DNA of 64,000 nt, taken from positions 273,120-337,119 of the IMG/VR virus record IMGVR_UViG_3300023174_005338; one strand, given 5' to 3'. Made by a program: the position numbers and the translations under genes. This document shows positions 25,973-36,159 of the stretch, piece by piece. The first letter of the stretch is position 1; each line of letters opens with the position of its first letter. The notes under the pieces are model-generated. The model was not told the origin of the DNA. It made no database searches and was given only the letters and a program-made list of their open reading frames with translations.

Positions 25973-28900
25973 ATGCCAGTCACACGAATTAATAACAATC
26001 AAGTCACAGACGCTTCAGCAGGCAATACCATTGTTGGTATCAACGCAGGCACCAAACTGCAAAATTACTCGATCACTGCTACCAAGATCGCCAACAACTT
26101 GACCTATGGTTCGGATTTGACTATCACAGGTAATTTGACCGTCCAAGGCAATACCACAGCCATTGACACCACGACAACTACCATTGAAGATCCGTTGTTG
26201 TTGTTGGCCTCAACACAAACAGGAGCCCCATCAGTAGACATTGGTTATATTGGCGAGCGCGGCACCAGCGAAAATATTGCATTTGTATGGGACGAAAGTG
26301 CCAGCGAATTTGTTACGGCTTTTACCAGCACAACTGATTCCAACACAACCATAACTATCACCAGCTATGCCAATGCTCGCGTGGGCAACATGGTAGTAGG
26401 TGGCACTACCAGTTTATCTGGCAACGTGATTGGCACAGCAAACTTCACAGGCAACGTTAATGCAGGCAACGTGAGTGCAGTTGGCACTATGAGAGCTGCT
26501 TCAACTGTGGGCGGTGTGATAACCGGTTCGAGTGCAAGTGTCACAGGTGGAGTCACTGCCGCATCGGTTGCAGGTGGAGTCATTACAGGTACAAGTACAA
26601 GTGTCACTGGCACACAAACAGCTGCGAGTACAGTGGGTGGAGTCATAACTGGCACAAGCGCAAGTGTCACAGGTGGAGTCACTGCCGCATCAGTGGCAGG
26701 TGGCGTTATCACCGGAACTTCTACTTCAGTAACAGGAACACAAACCGCCGCCTCAACAGTGGGTGGCGTCATAACCGGTTCGAGTGCAAGTGTCACAGGT
26801 GGAGTCACTGCCGCATCGGTTGCAGGTGGCGTTATCACCGGAACTTCTACTTCTGTAACTGGCACACAAACTGCTGCTTCGACAGTGGGTGGTGTAATCA
26901 CCGGAACTTCTACTTCTGTAACTGGCACACAAACCGCCGCCTCAACAGTGGGTGGTGTTATTACTGGTTCCAATGTCAGTGTCTCTGGCAACGTTGTTGC
27001 TGCAGGGAACGTAAGTGCCGCTTGGTTGATTGGTAACATACAAGGTTCAGTGACATCACCTGGTGCCAACACACAGATCTTGTTCAACGACAGCGGAGTG
27101 GCCAATGCCACTGGCGGATTCACATTCAACAAAACATCAAACTTGGTCACTGTAGGTGGCAACGTCAACGCAACCAATTTCAATGGCAATGTGTTTGGCA
27201 CAAGTGTCAGTGCAAGTGGTACGGTAACAGCTGCCTCAACTGTGGGTGGAGTTATCACAGGTACATCAACTTCTGTAACTGGCACACAAACTGCTGCTAG
27301 TACAGTGGGCGGTGTGATTACAGGTTCAAGTTCAAGTGTCACAGGAACACAAACAGCTGCCTCAACAGTGGGTGGCGTAATCACCGGAAGTTCTACTTCC
27401 GTAACTGGTAGTCAAACAGCTGCCTCCACAGTGGGCGGCGTAATCACTGGATCAAGTGTCAGTGTCACAGGCACAGCCACTGCGGCCTCAACTGCGGGCG
27501 GTGTGATCACTGGATCAACCATCAGTACCACAGGCAACATCACAGGTCCCAATGTCAATGCAGCACAACTTTACAATGCCACTGCGGTCACGGTCAAAGC
27601 CGGCACAGGCAACATTAATCTTGATACCACTTCAGGCAACATCGTGGTCAACAATACCTACATCAACGGTGTACAATTAAACCCAGTACAGAACTCGGAC
27701 GTGGCATCTAAGTATTATGTTGACCTCCAGGCTTCAACAGCATTGACCTTCCACTCAGCAGTGCAAGCGGCCACCACAACGACCCTGGCCACAACCACGG
27801 GTGGTACTATAACCTACGCACAACCCAATGGTGTTGCCAATGGCGTTGGTGCTACGTTAACTACAACTGGCTCGTTCAACCTCATCGACACAGCCAACGT
27901 TCAAACCGTGGGCACAAGAATCTTGGTCAAGAACGAAGGCAATGGTGTATTCAACGGCGTTTACACCTGGAGCAATGCCACAGTGATCACACGTGCCACA
28001 GATGCTGACGTTTACGGACCCAACGATGCAGAAGAGCTCAGCCTCAACGACTATTTCTTTGTGGCTGGCGGCAACGTCAACGTGGGATCTGCCTGGGTGG
28101 TTGATGCTCCACAAGGAGTCATCACATTTGGCACTAGCAACATCCAATTTGCCCAGTTCAGCCAAGCCCAGATTTATTCAGCCAATACCTCAGCTGGTTT
28201 GAGCCTAATAGGCACAGTGTTCTCAGCCAAGGTCGACAACAATACCACGGCCTTTGACGGACAAGGCAATATTTCAGTCAAAGCTGGCGCAAACCTGACC
28301 ACACCCAACATTGGTGCTGCCACAGGTACAAGTTTAAGCGTCACTGGCACAGTCACAGCCGCATCAACCGTGGGTGGAGTCATAACTGGCACAAGCGCAA
28401 GTGTCACAGGTGGCGTCACAGCCGCATCGGTGGCAGGTGGTGTGATAACAGGTACAAGTACAAGTGTCACTGGCACACAAACAGCTGCGAGTACAGTGGG
28501 TGGAGTCATAACTGGCACAAGCGCAAGTGTCACAGGTGGAGTCACTGCCGCATCAGTGGCAGGTGGCGTTATAACAGGTACATCAACAAGTGTCACTGGC
28601 TCACAAACAGCAGCCTCAACAGTGGGTGGTGTGATTACGGGTACAAGCGTCAGCGTTTCTGGCAACGTAACAGCTGGCAACACCAACAGCAACTTGTATG
28701 GAACCACAGTCAGTGCCAGTGGCACTGTGACTGCTGCTAGTACTGTGGGTGGAGTAATCACAGGAACTTCTACGTCTGTAACCGGCACACAAACTGCCGC
28801 GAGTACAGTGGGTGGTGTAATTACTGGATCAAGTGTGTCAGTCACAGGTGGTGTAACAGCCGCTTCAGTGGCAGGTGGAGTGATCACTGGCACAAGTACC

Positions 28901-31276
28901 AGCGTAACTGGCACACAAACAGCGGCATCTACAGTGGGTGGTGTCATAACAGGAACATCTGCTTCATTGAGTGGTAACGTCACTGGTGGCAACATCCTAA
29001 CCAGCGGCAACGTAAGTGCCACAGGCAATGTCACAGGTGCTTGGTTGATTGGTAACATACAAGGATCGGTCACATCTCCTGGTGCCAATACCCAGATTTT
29101 GTTCAACGACAGCGGTGTAGCCAATGCCACAGCAGGATTCACGTTTAACAAGACCTCAAACTTGGTCACTGTGGGTGGCAATGTCAATGCCACCAATTTC
29201 AATGGCAATGTGTTTGGCACCTCAGTCAGTGCTAGTGGCACAGTTACAGCCGCGTCTACGGTGGGCGGAGTCATAACCGGATCAAGTGCTAGTGTAACAG
29301 GTACTGTGACTGCTGCATCAACAGTGGGTGGTGTGATTACCGGATCAACAGCCAGCCTTAGTGGCAATATAACTGGAGCCAATCTCATACTGTCATCGGG
29401 CTTTGTAGATGGTCCAGCCGCAGGCAGGATCACCATCAATGGAAGAGACTTTGATACAGACTTTGCTGTGGATGGCAATACTGCAGCCAACGTGTTCTAT
29501 GTGGATGCCGGCACAGGCACAGCCAGCTTTGGCAACAGCACACAGGTCACCAATGCATTGGTATCTTTCCAGAGCACAAACTCAATCCGGACGCCAGTAG
29601 GCAACACAGCACAGCGTCCAAGTGTGGGTGTCACAGGTATGTTGCGTTTCAATACCACTACCAACGCTGTGGAAGTCTATGACAACAGTCAATGGACCTC
29701 GGTGGGTGTTCCAGTGTTCACAGTGATAGCTGACCAACAGTTTGCGGGTGATGGCAGCACAGTAGCATTTACACTGGGCAGCACACAGACAACCAACAGT
29801 TGTATTGTTTCGATCAACGGTGTGGTACAGATTCCAACCCTGGCCTATGCAGTAGCAGGCACCAATCCAACCTGCGTGCTCACATTCACAGAAGCTCCGG
29901 CTGCTGGTGACGTGATTGATGTGCGCCAGATCACCACAACAACCACAGTTACTCAGATCAGCAATAGCAGCGGCAATGCTGCGGTCTCAACCAGTCCTAG
30001 CTCTGCACAGGTCAATGTCACTGGAGACCTCAGTGTCAGTGGAAGTATCTTGGGTGGTAATATCAACAGCACTGCTATCACCAATGGCACATCAAACATG
30101 TCAGTGGTCAGCAGTGGTGGCAACATACGTGGCAACGTGGGCGGCACCACAGTCATGACCATAAGCCCAGGTCTAGTAGACATTGTGGGCGACTTGACTG
30201 TGTCGGGCAATGCCACACTCAGCGGCAACATCCTGGGCGATCGTGTACAGAATGGTACAACCAGCATTGACATCCAAACACCCAATGGCAATGCCAACAT
30301 CAGTATTGCTGGCACAAGCAACGTGGCTGTGTTTACCACCACTGGTGTAAGTGTCGCTGGCAACGTTTCGGCTGGCAATGTTCTAATCAGTGGCAATATT
30401 GTTGACACAAATGCGTTAAGCATTATTACAGGTAGCAACGGTAACATTGCTTTGGCACCCAATGGCTCAGGCATAGTCACAGTGAGTTCTGCTTTGAGTG
30501 CCACCGGCAACATCACAGGTGGCAATCTTAGATTGGGATCGGGCAGCAATGCGGTATTGGATTTTGCCAGCGCCAATCTGCACATAACAAACAACAATGC
30601 CAGTGGCAATATCACTTTGTTTACCAATTTTGGTGGCAGTGGTGTTGTTGAGGTCTTCAAAGTACTTGGCACAGGCACACAGGGGGTGTTTACCAATGGA
30701 GATATTACACTCAGTGGCAACATCAGTGACACTGGTGCACTTAACATTAACACAGGCAGCAACGGTAACCTGACTCTTAATGCTGGCAGTGGTAGTATTA
30801 TAATCAACAGTGGCATCCTCAACGGTCAAGCCAATGCCACAGGCAATATTGGTAGCGCCACCAGTTATTTCAACACCATATTTGCCAAAGCCACTTCAGC
30901 ACAGTACGCTGACTTGGCCGAGAAATACACCGCAGACGCAGAATATGCACCGGGTACAGTGGTACAGTTTGGTGGCTCAGCTGAAGTTACCTTGTGTGTC
31001 GACGATGGCTGTGCAAGAGTGGCAGGTGTAGTTTCTACCAACCCCAGCTACAGAATGAACGATGGCTTGCAAAGTGCGCATACTGCCATGGTAGCACTCA
31101 CTGGTCGTGTGCCTACAAGCGTAACTGGCACAGTGCGCAAAGGTGACATGATGGTGTCAGCTGGCAACGGCACAGCAAGAGCTGAAGCCAATCCACAGGT
31201 AGGAACAGTGATTGGCAAAGCCCTGGCTGACAGCGAAGGCGATGCAGTTATAGAAGTAGTAGTCGGCCGCGTTTAA
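25973..31276 (+). CDS. Giant repeat-rich tail fibre-like protein with C-terminal intramolecular chaperone (peptidase G2/IMC-like)
   Basis: ATG 25973 with GGAG SD; 21-aa Thr/Ser/Gly repeats; RILVKN....NGVY module; C-terminal ATSAQYADLAEKY...VALTGRVP...IGKAL. Confidence 0.75.
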   Translation: MPVTRINNNQVTDASAGNTIVGINAGTKLQNYSITATKIANNLTYGSDLTITGNLTVQGNTTAIDTTTTTIEDPLLLLASTQTGAPSVDIGYIGERGTSENIAFVWDESASEFVTAFTSTTDSNTTITITSYANARVGNMVVGGTTSLSGNVIGTANFTGNVNAGNVSAVGTMRAASTVGGVITGSSASVTGGVTAASVAGGVITGTSTSVTGTQTAASTVGGVITGTSASVTGGVTAASVAGGVITGTSTSVTGTQTAASTVGGVITGSSASVTGGVTAASVAGGVITGTSTSVTGTQTAASTVGGVITGTSTSVTGTQTAASTVGGVITGSNVSVSGNVVAAGNVSAAWLIGNIQGSVTSPGANTQILFNDSGVANATGGFTFNKTSNLVTVGGNVNATNFNGNVFGTSVSASGTVTAASTVGGVITGTSTSVTGTQTAASTVGGVITGSSSSVTGTQTAASTVGGVITGSSTSVTGSQTAASTVGGVITGSSVSVTGTATAASTAGGVITGSTISTTGNITGPNVNAAQLYNATAVTVKAGTGNINLDTTSGNIVVNNTYINGVQLNPVQNSDVASKYYVDLQASTALTFHSAVQAATTTTLATTTGGTITYAQPNGVANGVGATLTTTGSFNLIDTANVQTVGTRILVKNEGNGVFNGVYTWSNATVITRATDADVYGPNDAEELSLNDYFFVAGGNVNVGSAWVVDAPQGVITFGTSNIQFAQFSQAQIYSANTSAGLSLIGTVFSAKVDNNTTAFDGQGNISVKAGANLTTPNIGAATGTSLSVTGTVTAASTVGGVITGTSASVTGGVTAASVAGGVITGTSTSVTGTQTAASTVGGVITGTSASVTGGVTAASVAGGVITGTSTSVTGSQTAASTVGGVITGTSVSVSGNVTAGNTNSNLYGTTVSASGTVTAASTVGGVITGTSTSVTGTQTAASTVGGVITGSSVSVTGGVTAASVAGGVITGTSTSVTGTQTAASTVGGVITGTSASLSGNVTGGNILTSGNVSATGNVTGAWLIGNIQGSVTSPGANTQILFNDSGVANATAGFTFNKTSNLVTVGGNVNATNFNGNVFGTSVSASGTVTAASTVGGVITGSSASVTGTVTAASTVGGVITGSTASLSGNITGANLILSSGFVDGPAAGRITINGRDFDTDFAVDGNTAANVFYVDAGTGTASFGNSTQVTNALVSFQSTNSIRTPVGNTAQRPSVGVTGMLRFNTTTNAVEVYDNSQWTSVGVPVFTVIADQQFAGDGSTVAFTLGSTQTTNSCIVSINGVVQIPTLAYAVAGTNPTCVLTFTEAPAAGDVIDVRQITTTTTVTQISNSSGNAAVSTSPSSAQVNVTGDLSVSGSILGGNINSTAITNGTSNMSVVSSGGNIRGNVGGTTVMTISPGLVDIVGDLTVSGNATLSGNILGDRVQNGTTSIDIQTPNGNANISIAGTSNVAVFTTTGVSVAGNVSAGNVLISGNIVDTNALSIITGSNGNIALAPNGSGIVTVSSALSATGNITGGNLRLGSGSNAVLDFASANLHITNNNASGNITLFTNFGGSGVVEVFKVLGTGTQGVFTNGDITLSGNISDTGALNINTGSNGNLTLNAGSGSIIINSGILNGQANATGNIGSATSYFNTIFAKATSAQYADLAEKYTADAEYAPGTVVQFGGSAEVTLCVDDGCARVAGVVSTNPSYRMNDGLQSAHTAMVALTGRVPTSVTGTVRKGDMMVSAGNGTARAEANPQVGTVIGKALADSEGDAVIEVVVGRV
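26490..29370 (+). repeat. Coding 63-nt (21-aa) tandem repeats in three blocks, plus an internal duplication
   Basis: Units TAASTVGGVITGTSTSVTGTQ / TAASVAGGVITG.SASVTGGV. The segment WLIGNIQGSVTSPGANTQILFNDSG...NVFGTSVSASGTV occurs twice (~27020 and ~29040). Confidence 0.9.
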
Positions 31277-31292
31277 TAGCTTAAAGCTGTGA

Positions 31293-31324
31293 AAAATAGG
31301 ACTGGTCACAGTCCTATTTTTTTT
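31293..31324 (+). terminator. Rho-independent terminator
   Basis: AAAATAGGACTG-GTCA-CAGTCCTATTTT plus a T run. Confidence 0.8.
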
Positions 31325-31354
31325 GGCTAAATATTAAACATTAATGGAACTACA

Positions 31355-33673
31355 ATGGGATTAACCAAACCGCGTGCCGCGCAGATATTTAATTTAGATT
31401 ACAAACAAAGTACGCGAGTCGTTACCGCCACCAACATCACCTTGAGTGGCGGTGCCCCTAACAGTGTAGATGGCATAAATCTCAGCTTGAATGACCGTGT
31501 GCTGGTAACAGGTCAAACAGCAGGCAGCCAAAACGGACTTTACCTGGTGACCACACTGGGTTCTGGTAGTAACGGAACCTGGGCTAGAACCAGCGACGGC
31601 AACGAAAACGGCGAAATTGAAGCTGGCATGATTGTCATGGTCACCGAAGGCATCATCTATGCCGACACACAGTGGAAACTGATCACCGACGATCCTATAG
31701 TGATTGGCACCACGGCCCTGACGTTTACGCAAAACTACATGGCCAACTCAATATCGAGCGGTACATCAAACGTGGTGGTTGGTAGTAATGCCAATGTGAC
31801 CATCAGTTCAGCAGGCACCGCCAATGTGTTGACTGTAAGTTCAACAGGTACAGTTACATCGGGCACAGGATCAGTTACCGGAAATATCACAGGTGGTAAT
31901 ATCCTAACTGGTGGCCAGGTAAGTGCCACAGGTAACATCACTGCCAACTACTTTTTGGGCAACGTGGCCTGTGCTTCGGGCATATTTTCATCCAGAATAT
32001 TCAACGGTACTAGTGAAGCCAACATTGGAGCATCGGGTGGCAATGCCAACATCAGCATAGGTGGCACATCAAACGTGGCAGTATTTGCCACCACAGGTCA
32101 ATTCGTAACTGGACTGATTAGTGCCACAGGCAACATTACAGGTGGTAACGTTTTGAGCGGAGCCAACATCAATGCTACTACTTACACAGGAACTACAGTT
32201 TCAGCCACAGCCAACATCACTGGCGGCAACGTATTAACCGGGGGGATCGCAAGTGCCACAGGCAACATCACAGGCGGCAATATTCGCACAGCCGGCACGG
32301 TTTCGGCCACAGGCTGTGTTTATGGTATTGAACTTTATTCAACTCAAAGCAGCGGAGATGAAGGTGGCCAGTTAAATCTAGCATTGGCCGCCACAAATAC
32401 AACGTTGTCAACTTCGGTGGCCATAGATATTTTTCAAAACCGAGTAAGGATTTTTGAAACTGGCGGAACCAACCGTGGTGGATATTTTGATCTGTCAACC
32501 TGTAATGCTGGTGTTGGCACTAACTTTGCAGCTGGTGGTGGCGGGGGCGGAACTCCTGGAGGAGCCAACACACAAGTTCAATATAATAATTTAGGGGCTT
32601 TTGGCGCCAGTGCAGCCTTTACCTTCAACAATGTATCTAATGCTGTGGTTGTTACTGGCAATATCACCGGCGGTAACTTATTGACTGCTGGTTTAATTAG
32701 TGCCACTGGCAATATCACCGGCGGCAACATCTTGGGCGGAGCCAATGTCAATGCAACCACGCATACAGGAACCAGTGTAAGTGTAAGTGGTGGTGTAACC
32801 GCTGCTAGTGTGGCTGGTGGTGTGATCACAGGAACATCAACATCGGTAAGTGGAGGAGTTACAGCCGCATCAGTAAGTGGTGGTGTGATCACAGGCTCAA
32901 GTGTCAGCGTGTCTGGAACTGTGACAGGTGCAAGTTTGGCTGGAACCATAACTACTGCCAGCCAAACAAATATCACCGCTGTTGGCACATTGGGCAGTTT
33001 GAGTGTGACAGCCAACACAACTGTTGGTAACTTATTGACCGGAGGTTTGATTTCGGCCACAGGCAACATCAGCGGGGGTAATTTTAATATTACAGGTAAC
33101 ATTGTTGACACAGGTGCATTGGCCATCATCACCAGCTCCAACGGTAACATTACCTTGTCACCCAATGGCACCGGCGTAATCGTAGTCAACACCGATATTA
33201 GAAATGGTCAAGCCAATGCCACAGGTAACATTGGTAGTGCTACAAACTACTTCAATACTGTGTTTGCCAAAGCCACTAGTGCTCAATATGCCGACTTGGC
33301 AGAAATGTATGCCAGTGACCAGCCGTATTCTCCTGGCACCGTAGTAGAATTTGGAGGATCTGCAGAAATCACACAATCTACCCAAAGTCATAACACACGT
33401 GTGACTGGTATAGTATCCACCAATCCTAGTTACTTGATGAATGCCACACTCACGGGCGATCATGTGTTGCCAGTGGCCTTGGTGGGACGAGTCCCTTGTC
33501 AGGTTGTTGGAACCATTGTCAAAGGCGATCGCCTGGTGGCCAGCGACAAGCCCGGTGTTGCCACAGCCCTGGATGGGGCCAAGTATCAGCCGGCTTGCAT
33601 TATTGGTAAGGCCTTGGAAAACTATGATTCTACAGAAGTTGGAACCATAGAAGTGGCCGTGGGCAGGACCTGA
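31355..33673 (+). CDS. Tail fibre-like protein, paralog of the upstream fibre, same C-terminal chaperone domain
   Basis: DRVLV.GQT..SQNG.Y module, GNITGGN repeats, and AKATSAQYADLAEMY...VALVGRVP C-terminus. Confidence 0.75.
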   Translation: MGLTKPRAAQIFNLDYKQSTRVVTATNITLSGGAPNSVDGINLSLNDRVLVTGQTAGSQNGLYLVTTLGSGSNGTWARTSDGNENGEIEAGMIVMVTEGIIYADTQWKLITDDPIVIGTTALTFTQNYMANSISSGTSNVVVGSNANVTISSAGTANVLTVSSTGTVTSGTGSVTGNITGGNILTGGQVSATGNITANYFLGNVACASGIFSSRIFNGTSEANIGASGGNANISIGGTSNVAVFATTGQFVTGLISATGNITGGNVLSGANINATTYTGTTVSATANITGGNVLTGGIASATGNITGGNIRTAGTVSATGCVYGIELYSTQSSGDEGGQLNLALAATNTTLSTSVAIDIFQNRVRIFETGGTNRGGYFDLSTCNAGVGTNFAAGGGGGGTPGGANTQVQYNNLGAFGASAAFTFNNVSNAVVVTGNITGGNLLTAGLISATGNITGGNILGGANVNATTHTGTSVSVSGGVTAASVAGGVITGTSTSVSGGVTAASVSGGVITGSSVSVSGTVTGASLAGTITTASQTNITAVGTLGSLSVTANTTVGNLLTGGLISATGNISGGNFNITGNIVDTGALAIITSSNGNITLSPNGTGVIVVNTDIRNGQANATGNIGSATNYFNTVFAKATSAQYADLAEMYASDQPYSPGTVVEFGGSAEITQSTQSHNTRVTGIVSTNPSYLMNATLTGDHVLPVALVGRVPCQVVGTIVKGDRLVASDKPGVATALDGAKYQPACIIGKALENYDSTEVGTIEVAVGRT

Positions 33674-34335
33674 TGCAAGCCCGATATCGCACAGACTACG
33701 CTGGCGAATTTGTCATACTAGAAACACGCTGGACCGGTGGCCGTAAAACTGAAAACAGAGAGTGGATTGCTAATCCCATTGAAAATCATCATATCTCGGG
33801 CCGGGCTGCTTGTATTGGCAGCGATCTAGATATCTGGCAGTTTGATCATTGTCGACTGCAACGACATCGTGGTGGTTTGCTGGGTTCAAAAAAATTGCAG
33901 ACCTATGGCACCGGTGCTATAGCTCAACAGATGCGCTTGGATTTTACTGTGGCTACCAGTCAGTCTGATCTGGACCTGATCATGGCACAGCAATATCAAA
34001 CTCAAAATATCGTTTACACCAGCCCTCGTCATTGCATCCTAAATCCGGGCGAATTTTATTTAATTCCCTACAGGCCTAGGATTACCGACATGGCCACCAT
34101 CATATATCTGGCCGCATTCGATGGTCACAAAGAAATATTTTTATTGGGCTACAATGACGAACTGCCAGGCGGCCACAACGAATGGGTACAGCAGATCTCC
34201 AAGATATTTGAAGCCTACAGTGGTGTTAAATTTTATTTGATAGGTCAAAAAACACGCATGCCAGATGTCTGGTTGAATTGTGCCAATGTGCAAAACATGA
34301 CTTATCGCGACTTCATTGGCTACTGCGATTGTTGA
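33673..34335 (+). CDS. Second, divergent DUF115/MptE-like protein
   Basis: A.CIGS, QTYG and IYLAAFDGHKEIFLLGY motifs resemble 22732..23319. Confidence 0.45.
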   Translation: MQARYRTDYAGEFVILETRWTGGRKTENREWIANPIENHHISGRAACIGSDLDIWQFDHCRLQRHRGGLLGSKKLQTYGTGAIAQQMRLDFTVATSQSDLDLIMAQQYQTQNIVYTSPRHCILNPGEFYLIPYRPRITDMATIIYLAAFDGHKEIFLLGYNDELPGGHNEWVQQISKIFEAYSGVKFYLIGQKTRMPDVWLNCANVQNMTYRDFIGYCDC

Positions 34336-34760
34336 ACCGTGGCCTCAATGGTCATTATTTTACTTTGCACTGCTTGAAAATTCACGGTTGACCAAAGTCC
34401 TGGGTGCATGGGTCTAGGCCAGGTTCCAGAATCAATCCAGGCATAACCCAGATGCTCGCTGTTGAGTGTAGGTTGGAATTCCTGATCGACCACACAGAAA
34501 AAAGTGTGATATTCAAATCCCGCATCGGCGGTGGTGAATTTTTCCAAAGGTATCAGTCTGAAATAGTCGGGCACAAAGCCCATTTCTTCACGGCATTCGC
34601 GATTCATAGCTGCCAAAAGAGTTTCTCCGTGTTCCACACGACCGCCAGGAAGACCCCAGCTGCCTGGATGCTTAGGATCACTGCGCATTAGATATAGATA
34701 GCGTTGAGTGTTTATGGCATAGAACCATACACCCACAGCAGTTACAGTACTAGACTCCAT
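34320..34760 (-). CDS. NUDIX hydrolase
   Basis: Nudix box GGRVEHGETLLAAMNRECREEMG. Confidence 0.9.
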   Translation of the reverse strand: MESSTVTAVGVWFYAINTQRYLYLMRSDPKHPGSWGLPGGRVEHGETLLAAMNRECREEMGFVPDYFRLIPLEKFTTADAGFEYHTFFCVVDQEFQPTLNSEHLGYAWIDSGTWPRPMHPGLWSTVNFQAVQSKIMTIEATVQQSQ

Positions 34761-36157
34761 TCGCCTCCGGGATAAAGACCCTGATATGATTTGATCCAGG
34801 CACTGCCAGTCCAGCGATATTGTAGCTCTGTGGTGAGATTGGTGACATACTGTATATTATCTGGACTTGATGCCGAGTCAAAACTTATTTGCCACCGTGA
34901 GCCATCGTATTCCACTATGTCATTGGCCTGGGCCACCAAAGGTTGTCCGCTCACACCTTCCCAGGCGTCAGGATTGGTCAAGCCAGGATTGTTGTAGTTG
35001 CCGGTGGCCTGCGTGAACAAATAACGCTGACCTGCGGCGGCCGCTGGTAGTCCAAATCCCGGACCACTGATCAAGGGATCGATCACGGCCGTGATAGGTG
35101 CCAGGGTATTGGGTGGCACAGTGCCTTCGTTGACCGTGAACAACAGGAATCGGTCATCGGTTGGATCATAGGCCACTGTTCCGGTGATTTCGGTGCCATC
35201 TGGTTGTTCCAGGGTGATGTAACTGATACCCGGACGCAGAGTGCCATACAAGTTGACCACACTTTGCCACAACAAATTGCTGGAAGGACTGTCGGGCGGG
35301 GTCAAACTAGCATTGGGTTCGTCTACGACCTGTTGTTTTCTCAAGGCCTGTAGTTTGTTGTCGATCAGCAACACTTGATACCCGTATGGAGTAAATCTTT
35401 GTCGTGTGCCCAGCAGGAGGTCACTGTTGGTCAGGCTTTCAGCCAAGTCACCTTGCACGTCATACACACTGGCAATGATACGTTCAATCACACCCAGTTT
35501 TTTGACCTTGGCCGGAGGAGTTATCCACATGGGCAAGGTAAACGACAAAGTGGCTATGTCAATGGGGTTGTCGGCGTTTACAGGAATAGTTCGACTGCTC
35601 CAGCGCACATCTTTGAGATACAGCACTGTCAAACTGGTCCAGTCTATGTAGTTGTCGGTGCTTTGAATTTCCAGACCCGGATTGAACAAGGTCAGGATTT
35701 GTTCCAACAACTGCATTTTTTGATTGGTGTTTGATGTCCAGATATCCAGGTTTATGGTCATCTCATAGGGCACAGGCATGGCACGCTCAATGGTAAATGC
35801 ATTGCCCTGCGTGGTTTCGTAAGTGTCAGTGTCAGCATCATAGGTTCGTTGTCGCACCTGTATGTTGTTGACAAAGTAAGGTTCTTGCATTCTAGGACGA
35901 TCATACTTGAGATCCGTGACGTAAAATGTCATCAAGGGCGTTGCTGGCATGTCGTTGGCCGAGTTGTTTTGCAAGATAGTTTGGGCCTGTCGACTGGCAT
36001 CACCGTAGCGCACAGGCACACGTACCAGAGTGTCTACGTCTGAACCAGGTCCTTGTCCAGCCTGGTTGGCACCATACTCCACATCAAAATTAGAAAATAC
36101 TCGCGCAAACTGCAACAAGAAGCGACGGATTTGAGCGTCGTAGAAAAATTGAGCGAT
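34742..36157 (-). CDS. gp15: Tail terminator/sheath stabiliser (T4 gp15-like) with C-terminal extension; probable ATC start
   Basis: FFYD.QIRRF N-terminus, VPVRYG, PVPY...I.LDIWT.N..Q..QLLEQIL..FNP. Confidence 0.7.
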   Translation of the reverse strand: MAQFFYDAQIRRFLLQFARVFSNFDVEYGANQAGQGPGSDVDTLVRVPVRYGDASRQAQTILQNNSANDMPATPLMTFYVTDLKYDRPRMQEPYFVNNIQVRQRTYDADTDTYETTQGNAFTIERAMPVPYEMTINLDIWTSNTNQKMQLLEQILTLFNPGLEIQSTDNYIDWTSLTVLYLKDVRWSSRTIPVNADNPIDIATLSFTLPMWITPPAKVKKLGVIERIIASVYDVQGDLAESLTNSDLLLGTRQRFTPYGYQVLLIDNKLQALRKQQVVDEPNASLTPPDSPSSNLLWQSVVNLYGTLRPGISYITLEQPDGTEITGTVAYDPTDDRFLLFTVNEGTVPPNTLAPITAVIDPLISGPGFGLPAAAAGQRYLFTQATGNYNNPGLTNPDAWEGVSGQPLVAQANDIVEYDGSRWQISFDSASSPDNIQYVTNLTTELQYRWTGSAWIKSYQGLYPGGEWSLVL

Positions 36158-36159
36158 GA

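Noticed and set aside
26490-29370. 63-nt periodic repeats as a CRISPR or guide array
   Set aside because: They are in-frame coding repeats with third-position variation and no unique spacers or cas genes.
26365-33192. Long minus-strand ORFs (26365..27384, 28174..29490, 29953..30822, 32578..33192)
   Set aside because: They are antisense shadows of low-complexity fibre genes, with no RBS, promoter or recognisable motifs.
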